64,000 nucleotides of DNA from Octopus vulgaris (lineage: Eukaryota), in NCBI GenBank assembly GCA_951406725.2, contig OX597823.1:73780001-73844000 (forward strand). Reading direction: 5' to 3'. The first letter of the stretch is position 1, and every line of letters begins with the position of its first letter. The position numbers and the translations under genes were made by a program. Positions 50,512-64,000 of the stretch are shown one piece after another. Under the pieces are notes generated by a model, which had not been told where the DNA came from, made no database searches, and was given only the letters and a program-made list of their open reading frames with translations.

Positions 50512-50893
50512 TCTTTATATATATAAAGCTGAGGTTGTCTGTGTATGGCAGGTTTGGTAGCCTTCAACTAACACTATCTCCTCTGAGACCCTGCGGCGCA
50601 AGTTGACCAAAATTGAGAGTATGATAGAAGAAGGCTTGCTCTTCATTCCATAGAAGATAAAATTCAAATCGGACCATGTTAAGACCATAACTTATTTACA
50701 TCAAAAAGGTGCTTTTTTTCTATGAAAATCCCTATTTTCTGACTGCTGTGTTGCCATTTTTTGGTGTATTTCAACCAGAAAAATGTTCACTTAAAGAGAA
50801 TAACAAGCTATATAATGCAAAATTTTTACTTTTCAAAAATTCCAATTCTAAAGGGTTGAAACAAATCCGAGCAACGCTGGGTGATACTGCTAG
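50512..50893 (+). mobile_element. Non-autonomous Helitron
   Basis: A|TCTTTATATATATAAAG start; CCGAGCAACGCTGGGTGATACTGCTAG|T end. Confidence 0.8.
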
Positions 50894-53800
50894 TAGTAAT
50901 TAAAACCTCGTCTTGAAATCACTTTTATATTTCCTTTACTGTAGAAACTCTTGGTGGATCTGTGTACAGGAGAAATAGATAGTTTCTTAGAAAAATGAAG
51001 CTCCTTAGCACTGTAGAGTGTACCCCAAGCAAGAGAAGACTACTGAATCTCAACCGTGAAAGCTTGTTCTTTTTCCTAGTCTAAATTTCCTATATTTCAT
51101 TAATCAACCATTTGTTATTCAATCTTTTTGTTGTAACATTACAAACAATTCAATCAATGTTGTTACATTTAATAGAATGTTTATGTATTTTTGGCTGTAA
51201 GTGGTTGAATATCATTTATAATAATACACACTAATAGGAAATGGAAATTGTTCTTTCATTAGTATACAAACTTATAAAAAAAAATATTTCAATAATAAAA
51301 CAATTTTTAACAATGCTGAGCCCCATTAGTTTCCCTAGGTTCTGGAGTATGGTTATTGTGGGCCAGTGTAGTGTGTTACAATTGGAATGTAGTTTATTGA
51401 AGAAATTTTCTCTTTCCAAAAGAAAGGTAATAGCACTAAATACTATGTTATATTAGAATTACTTCCCTTGGATTATAATTGGAACATGCACGTTATTCCA
51501 TTAGATTATTGCCTCATATAATGTGTCTTTCCTAAATCTTTGTGCTACTTTGGTGTCATTATTTCTGCAAGTCACAAGCCAAATAACATTACAAATGTTC
51601 CCGTATTAATTTTAATATTTCTTTTGTTAAGTTTTTGATAACTGAAATGTTTATATTAGAAACGAAATTCATTAAAAAGTACTGGCATTTTATTAAGTCA
51701 TTAAAGTCCTTTCATTGACTGCAGTGGTTGTTTGATTCAGTGGCTATTTCTTGTAACTGTAGTGTAAAATAGATGAAAAATATTTATATGTTCTTGGATG
51801 TCAGCCTATTGCATGTGAACTTCTTGGAGTTTTGATTTGAATATCAGTGTTACAAGCTAATGGCCCACTCATCAGTACTGCTATCAGCAGGGAATGATGC
51901 ACATCTGTGGTACTTTCTTCCAGCTTGGTGGATTATTCTGTCCAAAGTCATTTCCTTGCTCATGGATACATCTTAATGCTGGTAACAACTTGTAATCTGT
52001 AGGCGACTTAGATGATTGTCTGGTACCCTATTGACTTTGCTATCCTCATCTTGTCTTGATAGTAAGATATTTTAAACAGAAACTGAGCTGTAATTGTTGA
52101 TGCTATTAGCACTGTAAAATTGTGCTTCTAGTTTTGAAGTATACTAGAACATATATCATCATCATTGTTCGATCGTGGTCGAGGCAATGGAATTTACTAT
52201 GTTACGCCAGACTTCACAGTCCATCATTGCATTACGGAGGTCCTGTTGCTGGATGCCTGTATTCCTGGAGATTACATCAGGGTAGGAGAGTGTGTGGCCT
52301 CTGGTATCGCAAGCAGATGGCTTCCAGAGGAAGAACATATGTAGGAATATTTCAATTACAGATCATTAAGGAACCACTGATTTTGGCATGCTATTTTCAC
52401 CCCTTTTTAATCTAAGTTATACAAAGTACATTTTCATTCATAACATTCATATTTAACAGGCAGCTTGTATAAATATAGATTATTTGAAACATTTGTCAGA
52501 GGAATGTTATTAACTGACAGTGAAAGATCTGAAGATATAAACATAAGATGATCAATATTTGTTTAGATATGCTGTGTCAAACATAGAGACAAATTGAATT
52601 TGCATAATTGATGATGTATTGAAAAATTAAATAGCCTGGCAATTACAGTAGAGAATATGTGTTTAGAGGAAAATGATTATGGTGGTATGAAACCCCTTCC
52701 ATTTTAATGTTTGAGGGTTGGAGACCCTGACCAAAGCCATGATATACAGAAGCAGACATATGGCTGAAACTAGTGAGGTTGATCTACAAGAGACTCCCAT
52801 ACAAGTTGAACTCTGCTCTGCAGGTCAGTGCTGTTGAGCGCCAAGCAGTTTAGCTGTAAGCAATAGTTACAGGGGTTTAGCTATTTATCTGTTATTCTAG
52901 ATATTCATAGTTATTGGATAATATAGCCTAACTTTTGTAAGTTGACATGATATCGATATTTCTGAGTTGTATTTATTTAGTAAGTGACTTAAATACATCA
53001 ATATGCAATACACATGGGAGAAAAGAAAGAGAGGAATTGAATTTGAAAGTGATTATAAACAGGTTCAAATTTTAGCAAAATTAATCAATGTGTAGAGAAA
53101 ATGTGTTTACATATTAAACTGATAATGCTGAAAGTAAAGAAGAAAATAAACAAATAAGAGAAATGAAAAGGAAATGAAAGGAAGGAAAAGCATGATGATA
53201 GAAAAGAAATGAAATTTCTAAAAACACCTCAGTGACTGATTTCCAGTAGATACATTGGAATTGTGTCAGCGAGCAAGTGGTACAAATGTGATGAAACCTT
53301 TTGACACTTTATAATATACTTGACTATTAGGAAATATATGGAAAGTGATTATAACAGTCCTGGGGGTCAATTTGTTCTACTAAAACCCATCAAGGTGGTG
53401 CTCCAGCATGTCTGCAGTTAAATGACTGAAACGAGTGAAAAATAAAAGAATGTGTGTGTGTATATGCTTATGTATATACAGGGTGTTTCGCCTAAATTTG
53501 ACAGTTTGCATAAAAAGAAATGAAAACTTAATATACCGTCCCAAAATAAAATTTATATAAAAAAATCCAAATATCAACTAGATCGAGCGAGGTCATTGCC
53601 AATGCCTCTGGACTGGCTCTTGTGCAGGTGGCACATAAAAAACACCATTTGGGCATGGTTATTGCCAGTACCGCCAGACTGGCCCTCATGCCAGTGGCAT
53701 GTAAAAGCACCCACTAAACTCTCAGAGTGGTTGGCGTTAGGAAGGGCATCCAGCTGTAGAAACTCTGCCAGACCGGACAGGAGCCTGGTGCAGCCACTGG

Positions 53801-53971
53801 TTCTCCAGACCTCAGTCAAATCGTCCAAACCATGCTAGCATGGAAAGCAGACGTTAAACGATAATGATGATGATGATGGTGATGATAATGATTTCCATGT
53901 TTTTGACTTGTTAAAAATGAGTCTTCCACTCTGTTTCTCTTTGTGATTGATAACTTGTTTTATTGTTGCAG

Positions 53972-54039
53972 GAATTAGCTTCTCTTGGTTTGGATCGATT
54001 GAAGTCAGCTTTGATGGCCCTTGGTCTCAAGTGTGGTGG
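53972..54039 (+). CDS. SF3A3: SF3A3 coding exon 11 (SAP-like domain)
   Basis: TTGTTGCAG acceptor; ELASLGLDRLKSALMALGLKCG(G); donor GTGAGT; 68 nt. Confidence 0.97.
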
Positions 54040-57000
54040 GTGAGTGTGCTTTTTTTTTTTTGTATCTATTTCATAAAAATTCTTTCAACATCTATTTTTC
54101 TTTGCATTTGTTTCTTTTTGGTAATTATACCAACTCATACCAGATCTTATTTGGCTTGTTCTTCATTGTCCACATTTCTGTACAATGGCTTGTCAGATGT
54201 TCCATTGCTAATTGAAAACTCAGAAGTCGGTAAATAGAAGGTCACAGACTACGTGCAATGTAAATATAAAGAATCTTTTTAACCTCAGTGGACGTTTAAG
54301 AATTGGTGCTGCAGCTTTATAGTGTTGTTTGTGTATGAGGTAAATCTTCCTTTCGGCAAAATGTTGGATTTTGTGGCTTATGCCCTCATGTTCTTACTCC
54401 TGATCACTAAGTGTACTGAGGTGTGTATTACTCTGGTACATCATGAAACATCTGTGGTGGAATTAAACTCATAAACTATGAGTTGATATTCCAATATTGC
54501 ATCAGTTCAGTCATTTAATTTTTAGTGACTGTGTGGTAAGTAGCTTACTTACGAACCACATGGTCCCAGGGTTCAGTCCCACCGTGTGGCACCTTGGGTA
54601 AGTGTCTTCTACTATAGCCTTGGGCTGACCAAAGCCTTGTGAGTGGGTTTGGTAGATAGAAACTGAAAGAAGCCTGTCATATATATGTATATATATGTGT
54701 GTGTATATGTTTGTCTCCCCAACATCGCCTGATAACCGATGCTAGTATGTTTACGTCCCTGTAACTTAGCTGTTCGGCAAAAGAGACTTATAGAATAAAT
54801 ACTAGGCTTACAAAGAATAAGTCCTGTGGTTAATTTGCTCGACTAAAGGTGGTGCTCCAGCATGGCCACAGTCAAATGACTGAAACAAGTAAAAGGGTAC
54901 ATACTATTCGTGTCAATGTACTCAGCATCTTGTATGCAAGATGCTTTGTTTTGCATATTATAAAACAGACAAGACTTTACAATACAAGGGCATATAATAT
55001 ATGTAGCAACATCATCCTCATCTTAATGTTTGTTTTCAGTCTTGGCAAAAGCACATTACATCCAGCTTTGCTTTACTCATTGGATGAAGCCTGACTTTGG
55101 TTCTGCTTTTCATACGGTTTAACATTTTAGATGGCCAATGGGTCATATTTGTCTTATTTTTTGCGAGTCTTCACGGGCTTTCTACATTTAATGTCCATAT
55201 CTGTGGTGCTGGTTCAATGTAAAATGCACTTAGTCCACTCTGTAAGGCAGTAGGCGCTAGGAAGGGCATCCAACCATAAAAAAGGACATGCCAAAACAGA
55301 TAGTGAAACCAGGTACAGTCTTCCGGCTTGTAGCTCTTGTTAAACAATCCAACCCATGCCAGCATGGAAAACAAACATCGTGATGTTGTTAATGATGATG
55401 ATGATGATCATCATCATCTCACTACCAACCATGCAACATTGCTCTTCTTAAACATGCTTTTCAGAGCTTTTATACAGAAAGAATAACATTTTGTTGCTAA
55501 AAGTGATAACACTTTGCTGAACTTCTTCCCCTTTGCTCAGATTACTATACTTTCTCTATAGCCACTCCTATTAGATCTCATAGGTCACTGAAGCTATGAA
55601 TTGTGTTTAGTCAACTGTTTAGTAGCCCATGGACTTTATTTCATGGTGTTAACCACTTCCATGCATTTATCCCATCTGCTTGTCAGATGTCTTGCAATTG
55701 ACTTGCACATGCAAGTGCTACCAGTCAAAAACTCCGCATACCAGAAGTCAGCAAGTGTATGGGGTCATCAGGAGAGAATGCACGCCGTTTCGGGGCCTAC
55801 CTCTCGACGGCATCAATGCACACTGGCCCCCCTCACTGATACGAGGCCCCGCTTGCTAGATCAGCTGGTTATCAAATAAAGCTCAATACTAATGCATTTT
55901 TTTATGTATTCATTGCTTGCTTTCAGCATGCAGTATTTAGTTCTTATTGACGTTTTTTTTTTTGGAGTTGTTGGACTCAACATGGTTCTTGATTTGAAGC
56001 ATTTTCTCAAAACCTTCAGTCATCAGAATGTAGAGGTTCTCAAAATAAAATACTCTTGAATTCTTAAATTCATTAACTTCAATGAATAGACAGGGCTGGA
56101 CACTGAGCTCTGGTTTACCTACCTGTTCATTAAATTTCTTGCTGAACTTGCAACCGACTTTAACCTCGCTAACTGCAAACCAGTTAACCATACTTTACTT
56201 TCTGAATGTCCACAAGCCTGCTCATCATGTACCCAGTCACTGGTATAACCCAAATCAACAAATGTAAATTAGAGTGGTTTGTTTTCAGCCAAAGACTTTT
56301 TTCTAGTTGTTATTTTACTAGAAAGATGGAATCCAGTTTTATTAATTAGTACAAATCCAAACTCTATTTTATCCAAGCTAGCTTGTTGATACTCCCCTAA
56401 CTTTGCTAAATCTCATTCAGTTTCCTTGTAGTTTCGTTTTACCAGTTCTACTCTCAAGACATTGATTGTCCTGTGGTTATAGTAGACGATGTCCACATTG
56501 TTGCATAGTAAGATAAAACTCAAAAACCATGTGGCTACTAAGATAACTCTGTATTCACATGATTATGACTGCACCCATTAGGACTAAAGAACCTTTTTTT
56601 TTTTTGTTAATGATTTTCTTTAGGATGTCCAAATTCCTCAATGGGTCAACTACACAGTTTCTTGTTTTTTTCGAGAGAAGGGGATAGCAAGATGGGTAGG
56701 TTATATGTCAGTACTACTGAAGGAGTGGGAGAATTACCAAGGCAGATTGGATGGTCTAGTAACAACATTAAAAGAAGTTGGAGGGCAAGTACATGTGAGG
56801 TTCATTATTTAAAATGAAAGGGAAGACACTCCTTAGTGTTTATTGACACTTACTTGCAAATCACATAAAAAGATGAAATTTATAGAAATTTATTCAAGAT
56901 CACATATAACCAATAAATATTAAGGGATTTGCATTTGAACCAACAAAGGACTTGTTGGTGACTTGATCTGCTAAGAATAACAACCAAATCTCACTCAAAT

Positions 57001-57059
57001 TATGCTTTATCATCTTAAAAATGGTAAAGATAGCTAGGTAACGGAAGCTGCCAAGTCAG

Positions 57060-58375
57060 TAATGGGGGTGGATGCTCTGAGAGCGTAGCTGCTAGAATAA
57101 GAATAGCCTGGGCAAAGTTCAGAGAGCTCCTACCTCTGCTGGTAATAAAGGGTCTCTTGCTCAGAGTGAAAAGTAGACTGTATGGTGGCTATGTGTGAAC
57201 AGCCATGCTACACAGCAGTGAAGCATGGACTGTGACTGCTGAAGACATACATAGGCTTGAAAGAAATGAAGCTAGTATGCTCCGCTGGATGTGTAATGTC
57301 AGTGTGCATATGCGACAGAGTGTAAGTACCCTGAGAGAAAAGTTGGACATAGGAAGCATCAGATGTGTGCAAGAGAGACGACTGCATTGGTGTGGTCATG
57401 TGTTGTGTATGGATGAGGACAGCTGTGTGAAGAAGTGTCATACCCTAACAGTGGAGGGAACCTGTAGAAGAGGTTGAACCCAGGAAGACACAGGATGAGG
57501 TGGTGAAGCACGACGTTTGAATGTTGAGCCTCAGAGAGGCAATGACAAGCAACTGAGACTTTTGGAGATATGCTGTGCTTGAGAAGACCTGGCAAGCCAA
57601 GTGAAATCGTAGTTGTGGCCAATGGTGCTGTCACATAACTGGCCCATTTAAAAGCACCCTTTAGTCATCAGGCAATATGCCGTGCTTGTGAAGACCTGTT
57701 GAACCAAGTGAAATTATAGTTGTGTCTGATGGCAGTGCCACCTGACTGGCATGTAAAAAGCACCATTTGAGTGTGACCAATGCCAGTGCTGCCCGACTGG
57801 CACCTGTGCTGGTGGTACATAAAAAGCATAGTTCGAGCATGGCTGATGCCAGTGCCACCTGACTGACACTCGTGCTGGTGGCACATAAAAAGCACCATTC
57901 AAGTATGGCCAATGCCAGTGTTGCCTCACTGGCACCCATGCTGGTGGCACATAAAAAGCATGATTTGAGTGTGGATGATGCCAGTGCCTCTTGACTGGCA
58001 CCTGTGCTGGTGACATCTAATAGGCACCATTCAAGCATGGCCGATGCCAGTGGTACGTGACTGGCATGTAAAAAGTACCATTCGAGCATGACCGATACCA
58101 GTACTGCTTGATTGGCACCTGTGCTGGTGGCACATAAAAATCACCATTCGAACGTGGTTGAAGCCTGTGCCGCCTGACTGGCTCCCATGCCAGTGACATG
58201 TAAAAAGCACCCACTACACTCTCGGAGTGCTTGGCATTAGGAAGGGCATCCAGCTTTAGAAACCTTTACAGATCAGATTGGAGCCTGGTGCAGCCTCCTG
58301 GCTTGCCAGTCCTCAGTCAAACTGTTCAACCCATGCCAGCATGGCAAGCGGACATTAAACGATGATGATGATGAT
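57060..58375 (+). mobile_element. 5'-truncated RTE LINE with expanded ~60-bp tandem repeats in 3' UTR
   Basis: SEAWTVTAEDIHRLERNEASMLRWMC...RRLHWCGHV; repeats of TGGCACCTGTGCTGGTGGCACATAAAAAGCACCATT at ~57730-58210; (GAT)n tail. Confidence 0.88.
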
Positions 58376-59297
58376 ACATTATATAATATAGTCCTGGATA
58401 TTCTATTTTGAAAACAAGGCAGAATGTGGTCATAACTAGAATACCTTTGATCGTAGGTCTTCTCAGTCAGGCATGACCAAGGGCTAAACATAAAACATTA
58501 AGAATGTTATTCTTGCAATGATCAAGAGAGTATATAATATGTAACTATGGATTAGTGGTGTAAACAGTTTGGTATCTTGATATCTTCCTGATCTTGCCCT
58601 TCCATTGACTATTTGGATTCTTCTCCCAGTAGACTAATTCAAATAAGTTGCAGCAATATCCTGACCTTGATTCAACCAACTTCACTCTCCCTTCTTTATA
58701 AACATTGGCATTTTTTGATGACCTAATGGAAATCATTATGGTTATGGGTATGAGAGAGAAAGGGAAAGAAAGAGAGAGAGAGAGAGATTGAATTATGTAG
58801 ATTGCTTTTTGTTTAGACAATGAGCATTCAGTTGTTCAACCAACTGAATTAGTGTGTAAGTGGCTGAGTATTTCACAGACATGTTCCCTTTATGTTATTC
58901 TCAGATAAAATCTGTATAACACAGTGTAATGACATGGTCAGGCCAGGCCTTTGAATCTCAGGTATCATCCATCCCACAAGAATTCCATCTATTCAGTTTT
59001 CACTCACAAGGTTTGCGCTGACTTGAGCCTATAAGGAAAGAGATCTACTCAAAGATGCGCCTCTATGGGATCAAACCCGAGGATTTGTCAATATGTAGCA
59101 AACATTTTAAGCATTTGGTCACGCCCTGATTATAGAGCTGAAGTCCTGCTTTACTGATTGTACCACCATCAAAAAAGACTGTGTAGTCATTAAACCTGCT
59201 AGAAATAGCAGCCATAGCTTCTCCACAAATTTGACAACAATAATAATGAGTCTGCATTTTGCTTGGCTGTTACTATTATATCTACTATTATATTACT

Positions 59298-59510
59298 TGT
59301 TGTAGAGCTGTAAACGAGGTAATTTCTACTCTTCTCCTCTGGAAGCCATCTACTCACGATACCAGAGGGCGCACACTCTCCTACCCTGATGTAATCTCCA
59401 GGGTTACAGGCATCCAGCAACAGGACCTCTGTAATGCTATGATGGACCGTGAAGTCTGGCGTAACGTAATAAATTCCATTGTCTCGACCACGGTCAAACA
59501 ATGATGATGA
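59298..59510 (+). mobile_element. 3' end of a second RTE-like LINE family
   Basis: LLLWKPST...NAMMDREVWRNVINSIVSTTVKQ* followed by (ATG)n; other copies ~52155-52335(-) and ~44174-44205(-). Confidence 0.7.
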
Positions 59511-60017
59511 CTATTATATGCCGAATATTACATCCTCTGTGTCTTAATTTACCTAGTTGTGGAAATATATTTCAGGCGTGACTATGTGGTAAGAAGCTTG
59601 TTTCCCAACCACATGGCTCCAGGTTCAGTTTCACTTTTGCAAGTGTCTTCTATGATAGCCTTGGGCTCACCAAAGCGTTGTGTTTAGGTTTAATAGATGG
59701 AAACTGAAAGAAGTCGTATGTATATGTTTGTATATGTGTGTGTCCATCCTCCAGTACCTCTTGGCGACTAGTGTTGGGATGATTATGTCCCTGTAACTTA
59801 GTAGTTCGGCAAAAGAGACTAACAGAATAAGTACCAGGCTTAACAAAATGTAAGTAGTGGGGTTGATTCATTCCACTAAAATTCTTCAAGATGGTGCCCC
59901 AGCATGACCTCAGTCTAATGACTGAAATAAGTAAAAGATAAATGGTAAAATATTGAAAATGTTATTGGCAGTGGACTATCATATTTATTGGTGGCAGAGA
60001 AATATATCTCTAATCTG

Positions 60018-60325
60018 TTTGTTTTGTTGTTCCTTCTCGAGCCATGCCTGGCCCATAAGGGCTGGTTTCCCGGTTTCCTTGGCGTATAAGTTCCCCACCT
60101 GGATGGGATGCCGGTCTGTCGCAGGTGAGCTGCAAGATGCAGGAGGAAAGAGTGAGAAAAAGTTGTGGCGAAAAAGTCAGTAAAAGTTCGCCATTACCTT
60201 CTGCCGGAGCTGCGTGGAGCTTAGGTGTTTCGCTCATAAACACACACATCGCCCGGTCTGAGATTCGAACCCGTGATCTCTTGACCGTGAATCCGTTGCT
60301 CTAACCACTAGGCCATGTGCCTCCA
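60018..60325 (-). mobile_element. SINE family 4 copy with TSD
   Basis: tRNA-like head with GGTTCGAATC B box; TSD CTCTAATCTG at 60008-60017 and 60326-60335. Confidence 0.85.
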
Positions 60326-61998
60326 CTCTAATCTGATTAACCCAGTGTGATTAACTACTGCGAGGCAGCATTCCCATTAACCCTCCGGAGCTTTTTGCAT
60401 ACTTTTTAATCCTGCATGACCATTTAACTTCCATTTTTCATGCTGGTATGAGTAATATGGTTTAACAAGCACTGATGAATCAAAGGTCTATTCCAAGCTC
60501 TAATATCTGGTTTAGCTTGGTCTCCCAGCTTACAGTAGATAGCATCACGCCTAGCTTTGAGAGGTTAAATATGATAGAAAGATAGGAACAGGCGTTTTGC
60601 AGTAAGGGAGATACATAGTTACCCCCACCACTTTTTGAAACACCTTCTGCTCTCTGATACACTTTCCTCTATACATTACTTCCAATTTTTCAAACTGTTC
60701 ACATTTTCTACCCATGAAAGTTCCTATGATTATAGAAAATCATTATTCTCTTTTGATTTGAAAATGTCTGATACTGACAGCTTTCTCTTGCCTTATTTAC
60801 AATGCATGTAGTTTTTTTTTCCTCCATAGATTAACAATTTTCCATAAATTTTGTTTGTTTACTAGGTAAAATTATTTAAGAATTACAATTCTAATTTATC
60901 CATTTGTAATAGATGGACTTTGGAAAATTTTTTTAAGAGAGGTGTTATTGGTGACAATCTCGAGTCTGCTGTATATATATACATAGTACTTATTTTATCA
61001 AACCCTAGAGGGATGAGTTGACTGCATTTAGACTTGAACTCAGAATGTAGAGGGATGAGGTTACCATGATTTATTTAACCAGTACTTAATGTTTCTCCTT
61101 TTTGTTTATTTCATATTTGTTTTTACACTTTCTCATTTGTCCTTTTTCTGATCACATTTCTTTCTTGTGAAATACACTAAATACGACATTCACCTCATTT
61201 TGAAACTTAACTCAAAAGTTTCTTTAATAAAGTTATGATAGAGGGCTTCTTTTAATCTGATATGAACACAGCCATCATCATCATTTAATGTCCATTTTCT
61301 ATGCTGGCATTGGTTGGACAACTTGACAGGAACTAGCAGGGCCAGGGGCCACATTAAGTTCCATAGTCTGTTTTGCTTTGGTTTCTATGGCTGGATGCCC
61401 TTCCTAATGCTAACCACTTTACAAAGTGTACTGGGTGCTTTTTATGTAGTACCAGCACCTACACCAATGCTTTTTACATGGCATCTTGGTTTTAGGATCT
61501 CAATTCTGTTGTGGTATAAAGTTGGTAATTTTCTAGCATAGAACTAGTAGAAGTTTAGTGCGGGGGTCATACCTGAGGTATCACTATATCATTTCAACAC
61601 CGACATTAGAACATTAATGATTATTTTCTTGTGGCTAAACAAACGATCATGATATATGATTCTCATATATAAGATGTTTAAGCCTCATTATTCAGTCTGT
61701 AATCACCCATCATCTCTTTACTTGTGGAGGTTGGTGAAGAGGTATTTATATATTCAGATGTTAAATCATGTTCTTTGCATTAACAACAGAAGAGAAATTC
61801 TTGGCAATGAGATTTGGCTGTTACATTGAGCAGGTTGAGTATTTACTCAGCAGCTTTTTTTTTTGTTTATAACTCAATTTCAATGATTATTAACTTTATT
61901 GTGAGAATTGTTTAAAGATTTAGATCTGAAAAAAAAAAAATGTTTATTCATTGTAGTAATATTAAGATTTCTCAAAATGTATTCTTTTGTAATTTCAG

Positions 61999-62109
61999 TA
62001 CTTTAGAACAAAGAGCTCAACGTCTGTTCAGTACCAAAGGACTTCAGTTAGAAGATCTTGATCCATCTTTGTTTGCTAAATCAAAACCTGGTAAAACTGG
62101 TAAAAACAG
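61999..62109 (+). CDS. SF3A3: SF3A3 coding exon 12 (gene continues beyond window)
   Basis: AATTTCAG acceptor; (G)TLEQRAQRLFSTKGLQLEDLDPSLFAKSKPGKTGKN(R); donor GTAAGC; 111 nt; C-terminal zinc-finger exons not found in window. Confidence 0.96.
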
Positions 62110-63672
62110 GTAAGCTTTTGTTGATGTTTTTCGTCTATTAGACACCTCATACAAACTTCAGTTCCAATGTAGAAGTTTTTTAAATTTACCTGTATATTGT
62201 ACCCATTGTTGTCAGGCATTTAACTCACCTGAACATGAAGAGTGATATGTATGAATCCTATAAGCTAGTTGTTGAGGTGTAGAGACATCATTCAAAAACT
62301 TTCTCTTCAAGTAGTCATCATCATCATCGTTTAACGTCCGCTTTCCATGCTAGCATGGGTCGGACGATATTGACTGAGAGCTGGTAAACCAGATGGCTGC
62401 ACCAGGCTCCAATCTTGATCTGGCAGAGTTTCTACAGCTGGTTGCCCTTCCTAATGTTAGGTTACATTACTATTTTTATCATTAGTAAGTTTGCATAACT
62501 GAGGAGTGAATCACTTTGTATTAATTCACTTGAGGAAAATGAAAATACGAGAATCTGATAGAAGCTATTTTTGTATCTTTTCCAAACTCATTAATCCTTA
62601 TTGAAACCAGTGGATGTGAGGTTAAGATTGGGTGATAGCCTTAATCAGAGACCCACTTTCAGAACATAGCTGGACCCTAGAATACTTTTAATGTAGTCTA
62701 CTCTGTTACATGTATACAGACTAGGTTTCTGGTTTGGAGATAACACGAATTGTAGTTTCTTCCTCATATTTAGTCTCGGAAGCCTTTGCAAAAAAGCTTG
62801 TGTGTTGCCCTTTCTCTTCTGATTATGTTATAAAAATTAATTAACCACTAGTAATGAGTTCCAACTTTTTCTGTTACTAACTTATTTATATTTTGAATAG
62901 TTGTTATAAAAAATAAAAATAATGAAATTACTGTGTATAGTGCTCAGATGCACTACAACCTATCAAAGATGCATGTATAGTACTTAGAATTATGTACAGA
63001 AGTCAGGAAAGTGAACAGCTTATAAGTCATGATATACATGTGTGCATACGCATGGAGTAGGGGATATCAGGTGTCATGTTGGCGAATTTCAGTAAGCATG
63101 AATCTTTTAAAGGATGGAATGTCTTGGCAACTAACAACTGATGCAGGTTGTTTGTTCCATGCTTCAGCAACTCTGAGTGTGAAAAAATGTTTCTGAAAGT
63201 CATGGGAGCTGGATTCCATCTTCATAAATAAAAATGTTTTAATTATGTTGAGTAACACTTCTAAAATTTATTTGTAATATCTCCATTAATAATTATAATA
63301 GTTTGGAGATGCATGTAACAGTATATCAGGAGTTTTGAATAAGATTTAAGCATGAAACATCATCTAAATATCTTTTATGTAATTTTTAGTCCTAAAAGTG
63401 TTCCTTGAATTAATAAATATTCTTTGGATTAACTTTGATACATTTTTTTATGCCACATACCTTCTCTGTATTTCAAGTATAGTCCTTCCCACTTGACAGT
63501 GAAGTGGTTGGTGTTAGGAAGGGCATCCAGCTGGAGAAACAGATTGGGACCTGGTGCGGCCTCCTGGCTTGCCAGTCCCCAGTTAAACTGTCCAACCCAC
63601 CCCAGCATGGAAAACGGACGTTAAACAATGATGATGATGATATATATGTATGTGTATACAAACACACACATA

Positions 63673-63846
63673 CAAGGGGATGCTGTAAAGTTCCTGGTTT
63701 TAAAGGTGTTACCAAAGCCTGGTTGGAGGCCTGTCCTTCTGAGTTCTTTTACAGGGCTTAGAAAAACTGAAGGACCACTACAATAATTAACTGATCCTCC
63801 TGTATTTTCTTTTATCCAAAGCCAGGAACTTTTCAGAACCCCCTCA
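63673..63846. mobile_element. Mariner-type MITE
   Basis: TA-CAAGGGGATGCTGTAAAGTTCCTGG...CCAGGAACTTTTCAGAACCCCCTCA-TA imperfect TIRs. Confidence 0.7.
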
Positions 63847-64000
63847 TACATACATAAATATATATTTAGTGTTCCAACTGTGATCATTGTCTTTTGTATT
63901 AAGTATGCTGTGTCCTGGTTTGCACTGTCCATTGAGTTTTATTCTAAGCATGGTAGTGTGCAATTTGAGGAAGACTTAGATACTAATTCTAGCAGGCTGA

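Overview
AT-rich, repeat-dense eukaryotic (metazoan) genomic DNA; the SINE/LINE families and heavy microsatellite load look like an octopus/coleoid cephalopod genome (inference, no database search). The window holds the first 12 coding exons (938 nt, ~312 codons, all GT-AG introns) of the U2 snRNP gene SF3A3/PRP9 on the + strand (ATG 9366; gene runs past the window end), head-to-head with an intact tRNA-Trp(CCA) gene. Nearly all listed six-frame ORFs are microsatellite or transposon artefacts. The rest is tRNA-derived SINEs, RTE and CR1/L2 LINE ends, a Neptune-type Penelope-like element, and Chapaev3, Tigger/pogo, mariner, piggyBac, hAT, Merlin-like and Helitron relics. Most interesting: (i) two independent retrocopies in which a whole Pol III transcript (U6 snRNA; an unprocessed pre-tRNA-Val) is fused to the 5' end of a full-length SINE inside one target-site duplication; (ii) a non-coding, terminally redundant 582-bp unit with an intact type I hammerhead ribozyme (retrozyme-like); (iii) SINEs recurrently duplicated at one exact internal site; (iv) recurrent fold-back and double-tailed LINE junctions.
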